In this document: positions 39,705 through 51,892 of the stretch, piece by piece | Layout of the letters: the number at the start of each line of letters is the position of its first letter | How positions within the stretch are numbered: the first letter of the stretch is position 1 | Assembly (NCBI GenBank): GCA_964247055.1 | Contig: OZ176054.1 | Location: 7,998,001 to 8,062,000 of the forward strand | DNA from: Paragordius varius | Taxonomy: Eukaryota > Animalia > Nematomorpha | Direction: 5' to 3' | Length of the DNA: 64,000 nucleotides | Program-made: the position numbers and the translations under genes | Notes under the pieces: model-generated | Told to the model about the DNA's origin: nothing | The model's database searches: none | What the model saw: the letters and a program-made list of their open reading frames with translations, nothing else

Positions 39705-42700
39705 TCACTTTTTAAGTATGTTCAGCAATACGGCATCATCGTCATCGGGGTATTGGAATTCAGTTTTAAAATCAAGTCCACCACCACTGTTTGCTTTAGT
39801 TCCCGACATATCTACAAAATAAAAATATTTATCATTGTTTGTTAAATTTTGGGGTCCCGTTTGTACCTTTTTATGCTGCATCGGTTAGAATAAATTATAA
39901 GCCTTCTAAATTTTTTGACAGTTTGGGATTCAATATAATACAATCATGCCGAAAACCAAACATTTAATTATCAGTATTTTGCCTATAGTTTTTATCATAA
40001 GAGAAAACGCCTAAAATCTTACCATATATTTGTATGATATTAAAATAAAATAACCCAATAGTTGATATCTAAAAAGTACAACCGAAATGCTGAAAATCCA
40101 GCGTTTAACCCAACCCAGTTTTTTTTTACATTTCCCCCTGCCCATTAATGTTTTTTTTGGAATTCCGAACCGTCCTCACCCTAATTAAATGTGTTCCGCC
40201 CCCTTAAACCTGACACACTATTAAGTATCCAAAATTCCCATATACTAATGTTTGGCCCATTGTTAATATCAGGGCTATGTTTTGAAGCCATGGCTAATTT
40301 CTGTAACAATTCTTGACCGGCAATAGGTGGTTCATAAGGAGCATCTTCAGTATCAAAAGGAGCGCCAAACAAATCATTACCCGTTGTTAGGCCCCTATTC
40401 TTGTCCATACAATCAAATTTTATTTGTTGTTCTTGAATTTCTGGTGATAGCGCCTATGCCACATAAATTGGATTTATATTTCAGTAAATGAAATTATACA
40501 GACAAAATGTAAAGATTAAAAGACAAATATTTTTTTTGAAAAAAAACCCATACTTTTTCAAACCTTGTTGTTTTTCTATATATATGGTATGAATTATATA
40601 AATAGTATATTATCAATTTATTTCTGTCACCCCCATTGAGCCAAAAAGTATGAGTTATTATTTAATAAATCCAAATTTTAAAATAGGATTATTTCAAAAA
40701 ATATTTGTCTTTTTATTTTTACATTTCGTATGTATAATTTCAACTGTAAAAATGGATTTTTCGGGATAGTTTTCAAATCCAGGGCTACATCAAATTTAAA
40801 TATTTTAAAAATACCAGAAACAAATTAAATATAGATTCCTATGGCCTTTTCCTTATTAATTATATTATAATGTATTAGTGTGAAAATCCCCATTTCACAT
40901 GTCCAAATCTTCGTTAAATCTTTAAAATAGCAATTAGAAAATTGATGATTTTAATCAAAATTTTGCTTTTGTTTCATTTAAATTTCAGAGCCATACAAAT
41001 TTTGGATTCAAAAGTTGACGAATTGTGGCAAAAATAATTTTTATGGTAATATAAATTAAAATAACTAGTCATGAAAACACCCAATATAATTGATTTTAAA
41101 CTATTTGAATAATGAAGTGTTAAGTTTTTCCACTAATCAAATATTAGTTTATTATAATATAATGTAATGTTATTATAAACGTTATCTATTTGCAATATGT
41201 AAAAATGTCAACCACGTAACAACGATATAAGGAAATAAAAACAAATTTAATACCTGATAATTTATAATAATCAAACATTTTTCATTTCTAAAAATAAATC
41301 AAACCTGATCCATGACCGATATAAATGGTTTCTCCGAATCCGTTAAGGGGGGAGGACCTTTTAATCGTTTAACTGGTCCCTGCATTTCACCCATACCAGG
41401 CTCCATGGCTTAAAATAAATAAAGTACATATATTTTTTCCAAATATTGTCCATTTAAATACATCTTTTTAATATATACCTTTATTATTAGAGTTTGGACC
41501 ACGTTTAAATTTACGGGCCTCATCTGCTTTGCGTTTAGCCTCAGCAGCTTGTTCAGCATAAATTTTTCGTTTTACAGATATTACAGCTAAAAAATTTGAC
41601 AAAAAAATGTATAGATGGATATATATAAGATAGTTTAATCAACCATTAGTTTAATTCCCAAATATTAGGTTTAAAATATTATTGTGTTTTTTTTATGTGT
41701 AATTTTTTTCAAAATTTAAAATAGTTTTATCGACCAAATCTATATATTTTTATTATTATCGCCCATTTGTGTTTGATACACAAGTTTAAATGTAAAATAT
41801 TTACATGTATAAATTGACTGTAATTAGTTAAACTATACCTGATATTTTCCGATATGAGAGATAAAACAACACACAAAATACCAAAAATGATATCACAAAC
41901 ACAACAATAAATTTGGTAAAGGATTCTTTTGTAACTAAAGTAAAAAAATTATGAAATAAAATTATTTTATAACTTTTTAATTTTTGAAAGAATATAAACA
42001 AAATATATAATTTAATAATTGCCTTACTGAAATATTGGGCAAAAGGTCCTAAGGCAGGATCTATATGTTTCAAATAAATAAATATCGTTTAAGATTAATC
42101 TTTAAATAAAAATAATGAATTATTATATTTGTCCCTTTTTTTCTTTTATATAGATGGAATTTAGATAAATTAAAAACTTATAACATAAATATTCAATAAT
42201 ATAAAAATGCCCTTACAATAAATAACAGAGTCAAAAAATCATTATTGGGATATAAAACCATCATATAAAATACCATTTACATATACTTTAATTGATTTAC
42301 AAAAATATGATTATAAAATATTTTTTTAACAAACCTGGGATTATCAATTGAACCGGGTTTGGAAAATATTGACCTAACTCATTCATTCCTATGCACAAAA
42401 AGTAACCGTTATAATTGATGGTCAAATTATCCAGTAATAAGTAATTGCGTTCATAGAATGTCAAATTATTTTCCATTGTTTTGGTTGTTGTAATCTGAGG
42501 CGTCCATGCATCATTTTGATTTATATCATGATAGGTTATGTACTTTATATTAGACGTTACATCTATGTCTTGATTGTGTACACCTAAAAATATTTATTGA
42601 TAAAGTTATTATTATTGGTGTAAAAAATGTTAATGTTTAAATTATTTTAACCTGGTTGAATATTAATGGGACGTTTAGAATATATCCAACGTATAACAGG

Positions 42701-45700
42701 TAACGGGTATCCATTAAATTGACACGTAAGATTTAATGAAGTCTCAGTTTTTAGAGTGATTTGACCTTCGGCTGATAAATGTTGAAGGCTTACAGGAGCT
42801 ACGTATAAAAGCATTTTTTTTTCAAATTTTACTAAAAAAATTTATTTGTTTGTGTAAATTTTTTTACCCAATATATTGGGTATAGTGGCATCGACTAGCG
42901 TTTCATTTTCAAAGGTGTAAACACTTTTGCAGACAATGGAGGTACCAATATATCTTGCTGGATTTTCCATACTTATTAAACTTTGAATCTTTTCTCCCAG
43001 GGTTTTATTTATATGGCCCTCGGTTTCACGCATCGCACCAGTTTTATCTTTATATAGCCTAAATAAAATATATTTTAAAAGTTTTCGTTCCACAATGCGT
43101 CAAAAAGGGCGAAAAAAATGCAAAACTTTAAGATCTTATTAGATAGAAGAGTTACATAAAACTCATACACTTAACTTATAATATGGGATAGTCAAGTAAA
43201 TAATAAAATTTATTTTTTTCATATTATACCGAAAATATGTTGACTAATATTATATAAAAACTCATTTTTGGGGTAAAATGAGCTTACTTGAGTAATTTTA
43301 GTTTGCGATAATATCAACTTTGAATTTCCCAGAAAGTTATATGCTATGTGGGAAATTATAGAAATAATTTTTATTTTTTTTGAAATATACTGAAAATAAA
43401 AACTTATTTCGTGTCTTTCTGAATTATGTGGACAGTAAGTTATAAAATTAGGCATTTGTGATTTCAAACTATAAAATAAAGGAAATTTCAAAATTTAATA
43501 TAGTCCTTTTTTACGCGAATAATTCCATTTAAAATTTTGAAATATTATATTACAAGTTTTTTGCCCTTTTGGATCTAAAAAAATACAGTCGTTAAAAGCA
43601 TTAATAAACACACTTAAAGGTTGATTATCACCAATAGCGTGTTAAATTATAGATTAAAAAATTGTCCATTTTATAGTATTTTACATGATATGTAAATATT
43701 TTTTATATTATAAATTAGATATTATTTTACATCTAAAACGAATACATTTTAGTTTTAAAAAAAATCTAAGCATGATAAGTTTTAGCCCATTCATGTATGA
43801 CTTGTTCCACAAAAACTTTTAAAAAATAATTATAAATTTTAACTGTCAAAATATCCTATAAAAACATTATTTCAAAAAATATTTATAATTTAACCACAGA
43901 ATTTTTGGACGCATATATCCTTCTTTTAGCTCACAACCAAAAGATATTGGTTTGTTATACAAGTTATGTTCTATATGCCGTTGAGTAATGTAAAGATTGG
44001 GAAAAGATGGTTTTTCTAAAATAATACAATATAAAAATATAAATCAATAGATATAACCTATTATATACAGTAATAATATCAAAAAGATCATCATCATAAT
44101 TATAAATTTTAATTTAAAAAATGCTAAAAAAATTAATTATAATATATATGTTGGGCAATACATAACGTATTATGTTGTCAAATTATAAACATTTTTTGTA
44201 ATATAACAACTTGAAATAATGATTTTAATTAAGCATAAAAAAGTTCTTATATTGTCAAATTTTTAACATATGCCTAACATTTTTTGTAATGTAATTATTT
44301 GAAATTATGATTTTAAGGTTGATTAGAAATCTTATACAAAAAACTATTTCACACGGCTAATTTAATTAGATTAAAACTTAGGGGCAAAAACTAGATATCA
44401 TGGATATAGAGCAAAGAAAAAAAAGGAAACATACTATAGACAGCAAATTTTAGGGTGTGGGAACCCATGATTGATGCCTTTTTCCCACAAACATTTTCGT
44501 AGATGCGTTTTCTATCAATGATTTGAAGCATTAATTCACTACTATTCATGTTTAATTGGGGTGAAAAGATGGTAAAAATAAGTTGTTTAGGATCAGTATC
44601 CGTTAGTCTAGCCCCATAAGTTGAATCTTGAAACGTTTGTTCAGCATATTTTACGCCATTTATGAACCATATAGAGGAGTAATCATCCGTGGTATAATTT
44701 TGTAAAATGTTATAGGTTATTTGTGATGCATGGTCTTGCAACATATCTCGAACGCTTGGTGGTTTTGTCATTAGAATAGTTCCTAAAAAGTTTCATGTAA
44801 TTAATACGAATTTGGGAATGAATTAATAAAGTAAGTTTTTGTCCCTAATAATTTGTAATTATTAACATAAAGGGGGGTAGGAATACGGATAATGATTGAT
44901 ATTATGGTTAAATATATAGTCTAATATATCTATTTCAACTAGCAAACATATTGTTATTTAATTCGGCCCTTATAAAAATATTATAAAATAAATTTAACTC
45001 TATCATCTTAGTAAAAGTATTTAACTACTTATTAAAAAATAATAAGTAAATACTAATAAAAAAGCGGATTAATTAAAAGTCATGTTTATAGATAATAATA
45101 TGCTAGCACAACCAACCTTATTCAAGATAAATTATAGGGCTCGAAAGAATAAAAGGTATGAATGCAAATATTATAGTAAGACTAATGTACAAATTGGTTA
45201 AAAGATTATGTATCTTTTGATAGATTTAGGGTCACAAAAAAATTCAACACATCTCGAAAATAATCAAAAATAGTTAAGAGTGAAACTCATTAGTTTATAT
45301 GCTTGGTACCAATATCTATTTTAAAAAGCATAAAATTGCAAAATCAAATATAAAGGAGGTTTTAAATTAGAAAAATCAGAAATTACAGTGGATATTAGTC
45401 TTAGGTTCATATTTTTTGTAAATATAAATCATCTCATATAGCACTGCATGAGTGAACAATTAATTGATATTATATCTTATAATTATGACAATTTACCTTA
45501 AACCAAAACTTTACTCATTAAATAAATCTGAGCAATGCATCTATTGTACATATAAATGATTAAATCTTAGTGGTTTTATTTAGAATTTTAGATACTACTA
45601 CCGCTATAGATTCTGTAACGAATTATATAATTCAATTTATTAAAGGTAAACCGTTTTTTCCTTTTTCTGCTTGGCAGAGTATATAATTGAAGCTTTTAAC

Positions 45701-47563
45701 TTTAAAAGCTCAGACCAAGATATATTATCAAAGAAAATCCTAGCGCTTTCAGTTATACTTCCAATCTGATACATGTGAAACTTATACATCACCAGTACAT
45801 GTTCTACTTAAAAATACGCTCCAGGGTCGTAGAAACAGAAGTATCAATATATAAATCAGTAACTTAATTTTTGGAATAAAAAGTAACCAAAAATGTTGTT
45901 CTTTTTCCCGAAATTAGTAATCTAACAACATTGTTAGCAATATGTTCAACGAAATTTGCCGAAAATTTAAAATAGGAATATATATAGCTCTTGCACTCAT
46001 TATAAGTTGTCTACTTTATAAAGAAAAATATCGAGTCATAATAATTTTTATTGAATTGTTACTAAATGCATATTGAGTTTCAATGCAATATTTTTTAATA
46101 TTTGATTTTTAACGTGTTAAAAACTCCCAATATCATAAAAATGCATCATATTTAAATCTTAAAAGGCTTTTAACACTGTTAACTTGATGAAATATATATA
46201 ATAGATAATGTATTAGGATTATGGTGCCTTTGGTTTTGACCGTTACGAGTAATTTACACTTTTGTGGTGAGTGCTCCATATAAGAAAATGATAAAATTTG
46301 CGTACATATCTTTAAATTAAATTTTTTTGGCCAAAGCTAATGCTTCATTCCAAAAATTATCACCTAAAAATACTATAACCTACATTTAAAAAGCAAAACA
46401 ATATTTTCAAAATATTATAATTTTTAGATGTGGACTCCGAAAGTCCCGAATTAATTCGCTCTTGTCAAATGGGTCCCCCTAAAATAAACGCAAATATGCC
46501 TGGATTGGGCGATAAAAATTTTATATGCTAAATTTTATAAACTTAAAATAACTTTTTTCAAAAAATTATTTTAAGCCAAATTTTGTTGAACCGTTTTTCA
46601 TACTATTTTGAGGCATGATGGAAACGGTATATAAACGTTCTATATAATTCGATCATGCTAAACATTTCCATCACATCAGAATTTTCATAAAAATATTCAT
46701 TCGTCTTCAAACTTAATATAAATTTTGTTTTTTTACAAAACTCACCAATAAATGCAAACAAAGTTTTAAAAATGCAATAATTATGTTCAGCATCATCGAA
46801 TTATATAGAAGAAGAGTTTTCATAATATCTTAAAGCGTTTTAAACCGTATACGTCTCCAATAGTATGAAGTACGCTTTAAAAAAAATTTGTTAAAAATCA
46901 AATTTTTGAAAAATGTATTTAATAAAAATTTTTTTATTATATTGAAAATAGCCCATTTAAGAAGAGCGAAAAAATTTGGAATGAGGCCACATTAAAAAAT
47001 TAAAATATTTTAAAAATATTTTTGCTTATATGGAGTTAATATTTTTAGTGATATTTTTTGGAAAAATTTAGCTAAAAAAATATTTAAAAAATATGCGCAA
47101 ATTTTTCCATTTTCCGATATGGATCACCACAAAAGTGTAAACTTTCTTAATTCACGTAACAACCAAAACCAAAGGCACTATGATGATCCTGGTACATTTT
47201 AGTATCAGATTTTATATATTTCAAATTATTGTTTTATACCCCCCCCCCCCCCCCCCCCCGGAATTAGGATGCAGTGTAATAGGGTGAGGTACTGTATTGA
47301 TATAAATCATTATCTTATACATATATATTATATGATGCATATATAATAAATAAAAATTAAAACCACAATCTGATTCATCAGATTGATCAGTTTGGCCTTC
47401 ATTGCAACAGTCAACGATATCGTCGCATTTTTTAGCTATTTCGATACATATTTTTGAGAATTTGCACATAAATCCATCACAAGACACATTTGGAAGCGCT
47501 TGTAAATTATTAAAAAAACCTTAATATTATCCAAATCTTACATAGAAATAAAATCACTAACAT
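39705..47563 (-). CDS. Type I membrane protein: signal peptide, LDLa, three Ig-like domains, TM, long cytoplasmic tail
   Basis: Exons 47563-47542, 47498-47364 (CDGFMC..CI..CDDIVDCC..DQSDESDC), 44782-44435, 44015-43895, 43058-42868 (GCELKEGYMRPKILW...IVCKS), 42798-42652, 42583-42335 (LTCQFNGYPLPVIRW...NGYFLCIGMNELG), 42060-42028, 41934-41839 (TM FIVVFVISFLVFCVLFYLSY), 41586-41479, 41408-41305, 40453-about 40245, then uncertain exons ending 39812-39705. Phases check through exon 12. Confidence 0.8.
40482..40747. mobile_element. Family H Tigger/pogo-like MITE (intronic)
   Basis: Inverted repeats of about 60-70 bp, CAGT..GAAATTATACAGACAAAATGTAAA / TTTACATTTCGTATGTATAATTTCAACTG-TA. Same family as 61577-61865. 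Confidence 0.6.
46190..47220. mobile_element. Family C long-TIR element, best-preserved copy (intron 2 of the LDLa-Ig gene)
   Basis: tgtattaggattatggtgcctttggttttg..tttacacttttgtggtga mirrors tcaccacaaaagtgtaaa..caaaaccaaaggcactatgatgatcctggtaca. Imperfect inverted similarity extends about 300 bp inward. Confidence 0.75.
47239..47259. repeat. C21 homopolymer (G21 on the transcribed strand)
   Basis: 21 consecutive C counted in the sequence. Confidence 0.95.
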
Positions 47564-47648
47564 AAATCATTACAAATTTAAATAGCGAGGTAGAACTGTC
47601 AAATGCTGGAATGAATGTCCGACACGGTCGATCAGGAAAATCCTAAGG
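47564..47648. promoter_or_regulatory. Putative bidirectional promoter (85 bp between divergent start codons)
   Basis: Lies between the LDLa-Ig ATG (47563, -) and the ABHD14 ATG (47649, +); locally GC-richer. Function is inferred from position. Confidence 0.5.
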
Positions 47649-48834
47649 ATGAAACCCATTAGAGTAAATTATTATTTTATCATTTAGATAATTATTGTAT
47701 GCTCGATTTTGGCCATTATCATATCATTGATATATTTTCTATACCAAAGTTCTACAGAAATGGAATCATCACCAAAAGATTTACCAACAAAAGTTTTGAT
47801 TTATTTAACATTAGCATCATAAGGAATATTTTACATTGCGACATTTAGATGTATTCAAGTACAACATTCCACCATATAAATACGATAATAAATCTTCCGT
47901 ATTTAAAACAATGGAATTAAATATAGCTGATAACTGCAAAATTAATGCATTATATCACTTGAACAACAATTCGGAAAACGATGTGCCAGTTTTAATATTT
48001 TTGCATGGTCGTTCCTTTTCTTCTAAAATATGGTTAGAAACAGGCATATTACCAACTTTTTCAAACTTGGGCTTTGATATTTTTGCCCTTGATCTCCCAG
48101 GTTTTGGGATGTCTAAATGTTTACCCAAAGACTACCCATTTAGCAATAGGTTAAAAGAGGCATTAACCCGTAATTATAAAAACGAAACTTCACCATCATC
48201 CCTATACAATAGCAAATCATATGCAGAAATTAAAAATGCCATTTTATTGGATCAAATTGTTAAAACGATTGGTCTTAACTATGGTCACACAAAAAAGTTT
48301 GTTTTAATCAGTCCATCTATGAGTGGAAGTTATAGTATACCATATCTCATGTACTATACGGATATTAATTTTTCCCATGAAATATTTGATGATAATGATA
48401 ATAATGAACATACTTACAAACCAAAAAATGACAAACGGTTTTACGCTTCAACGGATGTAGAAGCAAATTCCATGGAGATGATTGGTTACGCTCCTATTGC
48501 TCCAACCAATTTTGATTCCTTTGATTTCAATGATTATAAACGTTTACGAATACCAACCCTAATCACTTACGGCGAGTCAGATGTGAGATTAGGGATGGAA
48601 TCATTACGGTTTTTAGAACAAATCCCCACAAGCGTTATAGTGCCTATCCCCAATGCTGGACACGCTTGTTACATTGACCAAACGGGTATTTGGTCTCAAG
48701 TGTTTTATAACTTTCTTTTGGCAATCGTACCTAGCCATCTTTCTAGCATTATTATTGGAAACAATTCTCACTCTTCATCTCAATCAATTAGCGAGCCTAC
48801 AATTCCAATCAAAGGTTCGGTTGTTCGAACATAA
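47649..48834 (+). CDS. ABHD14: Alpha/beta hydrolase ABHD14 family with N-terminal membrane anchor (ABHD14A-like)
   Basis: Exons 47649-47663, 47688-47792, 47824-48834 (introns 24 and 31 nt, both removing in-frame stops). IFLHGRSFSSKIW, DLPGFGMS, nucleophile LISPSMSG, YGESD and NAGHACYID give the Ser/Asp/His triad. TM IIIVCSILAIIISLIYFLY. Two Asn/Asp/Ser-rich insertions. Confidence 0.9.
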
Positions 48835-49152
48835 ATGGACCGTTTTTAGTTTACTAATATGGTATTGCTCATCACATTTTTAGATTAAAATAAAAGATAC
48901 AATCGTGATTAACGACAAGTTTTAGAAAACTACTTCATTGTATTCCCTATATGGTCTCATCACATTCAAGGCCAAAAATATTATCAAATTATTTTGTTAT
49001 ATCTACCTTAAATCCAAGCACATATTTATTTTATTTAGCAAAATATTTTTAATATATACAACATCTCTATTATTACTGCACAACAAATGAATAAAATTTC
49101 AATTATTTATTATAGATGAATAATAACATTAAAGTCCCCAAAATTTAGTTAA

Positions 49153-50855
49153 TTAGTCTTCAACCAAAAATTTGCGTTTTTCATGTTCATTCACCATATC
49201 GGTATAGCGCTTTTCAAAATCAAGTTTGGCGAGCTGAGAGGCTTCATACATTTTAACTAATTTAATATTATCTGAAACTAATCGATTGCACAAATCGTGA
49301 TCTGGCCCAAGCTCCTTAGACTCATTCATTTTTTCTAAATACGGCACATTACAGGTAGGACAAAATAAATTTTTGCATGCGACATTTGTTGTTGGTGACC
49401 CTGATAAATTTTCATTTTTGGTTATCAATTTTGTACGACGTTCTTCTAACATGACTTTTATTTTTTCTTCATAGAGATTTATCATTTCCTTTTTTTCGCT
49501 GACAATATTGTTGTATAAACGCTTAATATCTTCCAGATCCTTTTGTGACTTAGCCTTTTCTAAAGCACGCTCCTGTTTTTCACATTCTAATGCTTTATTC
49601 GCTTTTTCTAAATCAGTGTCCAAATCTTTGATACGATTGTCCATTTTAAAGACTTTGTTTTTAAGTAGATCCAATTGCCTGATTAAGCTAAATAAGGGGA
49701 GCGATATATTTTTAAAAAATAATATGGCTAAGCTCTTGTTAAATTTATATATTGTAAATTTAATTGAATATATTTAAATATGTATAACCGACTGCGTTTA
49801 TACCAAAATGTTGTACATATATATATTTATATATACATATACGAAATATATATGTGAAAACCCCAAGTCAAATGGTTGTGTCGTACTGATGTGTGCTAAC
49901 AAGCACAATAGTCTGCGATTGCTACTGACTTACGGTATCGCATTGAATTTTGTTTATAACTATTTCACGGAGTTTAAAAATTGTTAATATATTATTGATA
50001 TATATTAGTGATTTTGAGACTTGTCCAATTTCAAACTATTTTTAACCAGATTATAAATTTTAATTGTACTATATACTCATTTTTTTGTAATTCAAGTTTG
50101 GCTATAATATCATGCTCATCAGATATTTGCTCATCTTTCTGTTTTAATACCCTTTCTAAATTGTTGTGAGATTCTTGCAGACGAATAAATTTTGCCACCA
50201 TAATAGATTGTCTTTCTCCATTATCATTTTTATTGGTATTATATGCACCGATATTTTTATTACTGTCCCACTCATTCTTTATTTGATCATCTGGGATCCA
50301 TTTATACATGGATTTTTGTCTTTGTGACATGTTTCTAAAACCAAAAATATCTGGAGATTGATTGTCTTTCATATCCTTTGATGTTTGACTATCAGATTTG
50401 GTGTGTTGAAGCCTTGTTAATTTATCATTAATCGATTCTCGCACAATATTTTCTTTGTAATCATTGACGGTAAAAACGGATAATACTTCTTTTCCAATCG
50501 TTTTTAGTGTGGGATCCTTGGCCAAAGCTGTATTTGATATCCCAGTTTGCCCATAATAATTTAAATTTGTTATAGATTTGGTTGATTCGTTATTGTATTT
50601 TTGAAATTGAGGTTCGACATTATCTCTTTGGTTAAATACATTCTGTTTATCTATGAAATTTTGTCTACTCCTCCTTTCATGGCTTAAATAGTCATCTTGT
50701 ATTTCTTCTAAAATCTTTTTATAGCATTGTCCACATGGTGGATCTATTTCATTTTTTCCTTCTCTCTGGGCCGATTTTAATTCCAACAACGCATTATTTA
50801 ATGGTGATAATGAGCGTGAACTCACAGTTTTTTTCACATCGATAAAGGCTGACAT
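49153..50855 (-). CDS. Orphan coiled-coil protein (about 437 aa)
   Basis: Two long exons, 50855-50077 and 49687-49153, joined in phase 2. Heptad-rich E/K/L stretch from LERVLKQKDEQ to EERRTKL, and CxxC pairs (CGQC, CPTC). Family not recognised. Confidence 0.75.
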
Positions 50856-51892
50856 AGTGATATTTAGTTAAATAAGGTAACAATCAAAATCATTCAATAT
50901 CACATCAATTTATCTTACTTTATCAATTCGAAAACAAAAATTAATGTAAGGTGATTGACACAACTTTGTCATATATCGATTAATAGCAGGTATGTATATT
51001 TATGGTTGATCATTTGTATTAGCCCTTAAGTTTAGTCCATCTTTCCTTAGCACGTGTTTATAAATATGCTTTAGAGCAGTTCATCGAAAAAGGTGCAAAT
51101 CCAATTCAATAATGTATATTTTACCTTGATGCATAAGCTTATAATTTAGCTATTTTTTAATTACCCCCTGTGTTTAGTTAGTTAAATTAGCTTTCACAAA
51201 AGTGTTAATTCTTAAAACTATTACTTTGGAATTTTAGAAACGTTAACCGAAATATTTAATAGTGTTTTAGGCATCTTTTTTTAAAGAAGATAATAATAGG
51301 ATTTATTAACACCTAGATAACCTCATCTTATATAAAATAAAGTCATAAAAAGATCCTCACTCTAATAATTTTCTGTAAAAGGAATTTACCATGAGAATTT
51401 GAAAATCCTTTCTCCTATTTAATTACCTGATTGCCGTTCATAATTGAGCCATAAATAGCCCTTGAGTATATAATCACGACTTTGTTGCACATCTAACATG
51501 AAACTACCCTATAGGTTTGTGGGCAATAAAATATGGGCTATTTTTGTAAAAAATGATTTATTTTGACTTAAATTTTGGACGATATTATTTAATTAAAAAT
51601 CTGAGTCAGCATCATTGCATTATAAAGAAAAAGTGTTTACAGCGTTTTTATACCGTTTCCATGCCTCAAAATACCCGAAGTATAACAAAATATTGTCATC
51701 AGCAATTTATTGGAAAATTTGCAGCGAGTTTAATTAATTTTTTTCCTGTACACATTCTATACAGGTTAAAGTTTACAAAATAAATGAATGTTTACTTGAT
51801 ATATTTTAATTTTTACAACTGCGGATGTCTTTGCGCGGATATTTTTTATTAATAATTAATTTTTTTGATTAAAAAAATATAATGTGCTTTAA

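Noticed and set aside
4884-49777. ORF-track entries 4884-5096, 19366-19611, 21030-21293, 21640-21831, 23131-23325, 31655-31936, 38743-38931, 48653-48883, 49508-49777
   Set aside because: Antisense or alternate-frame shadows of real exons.
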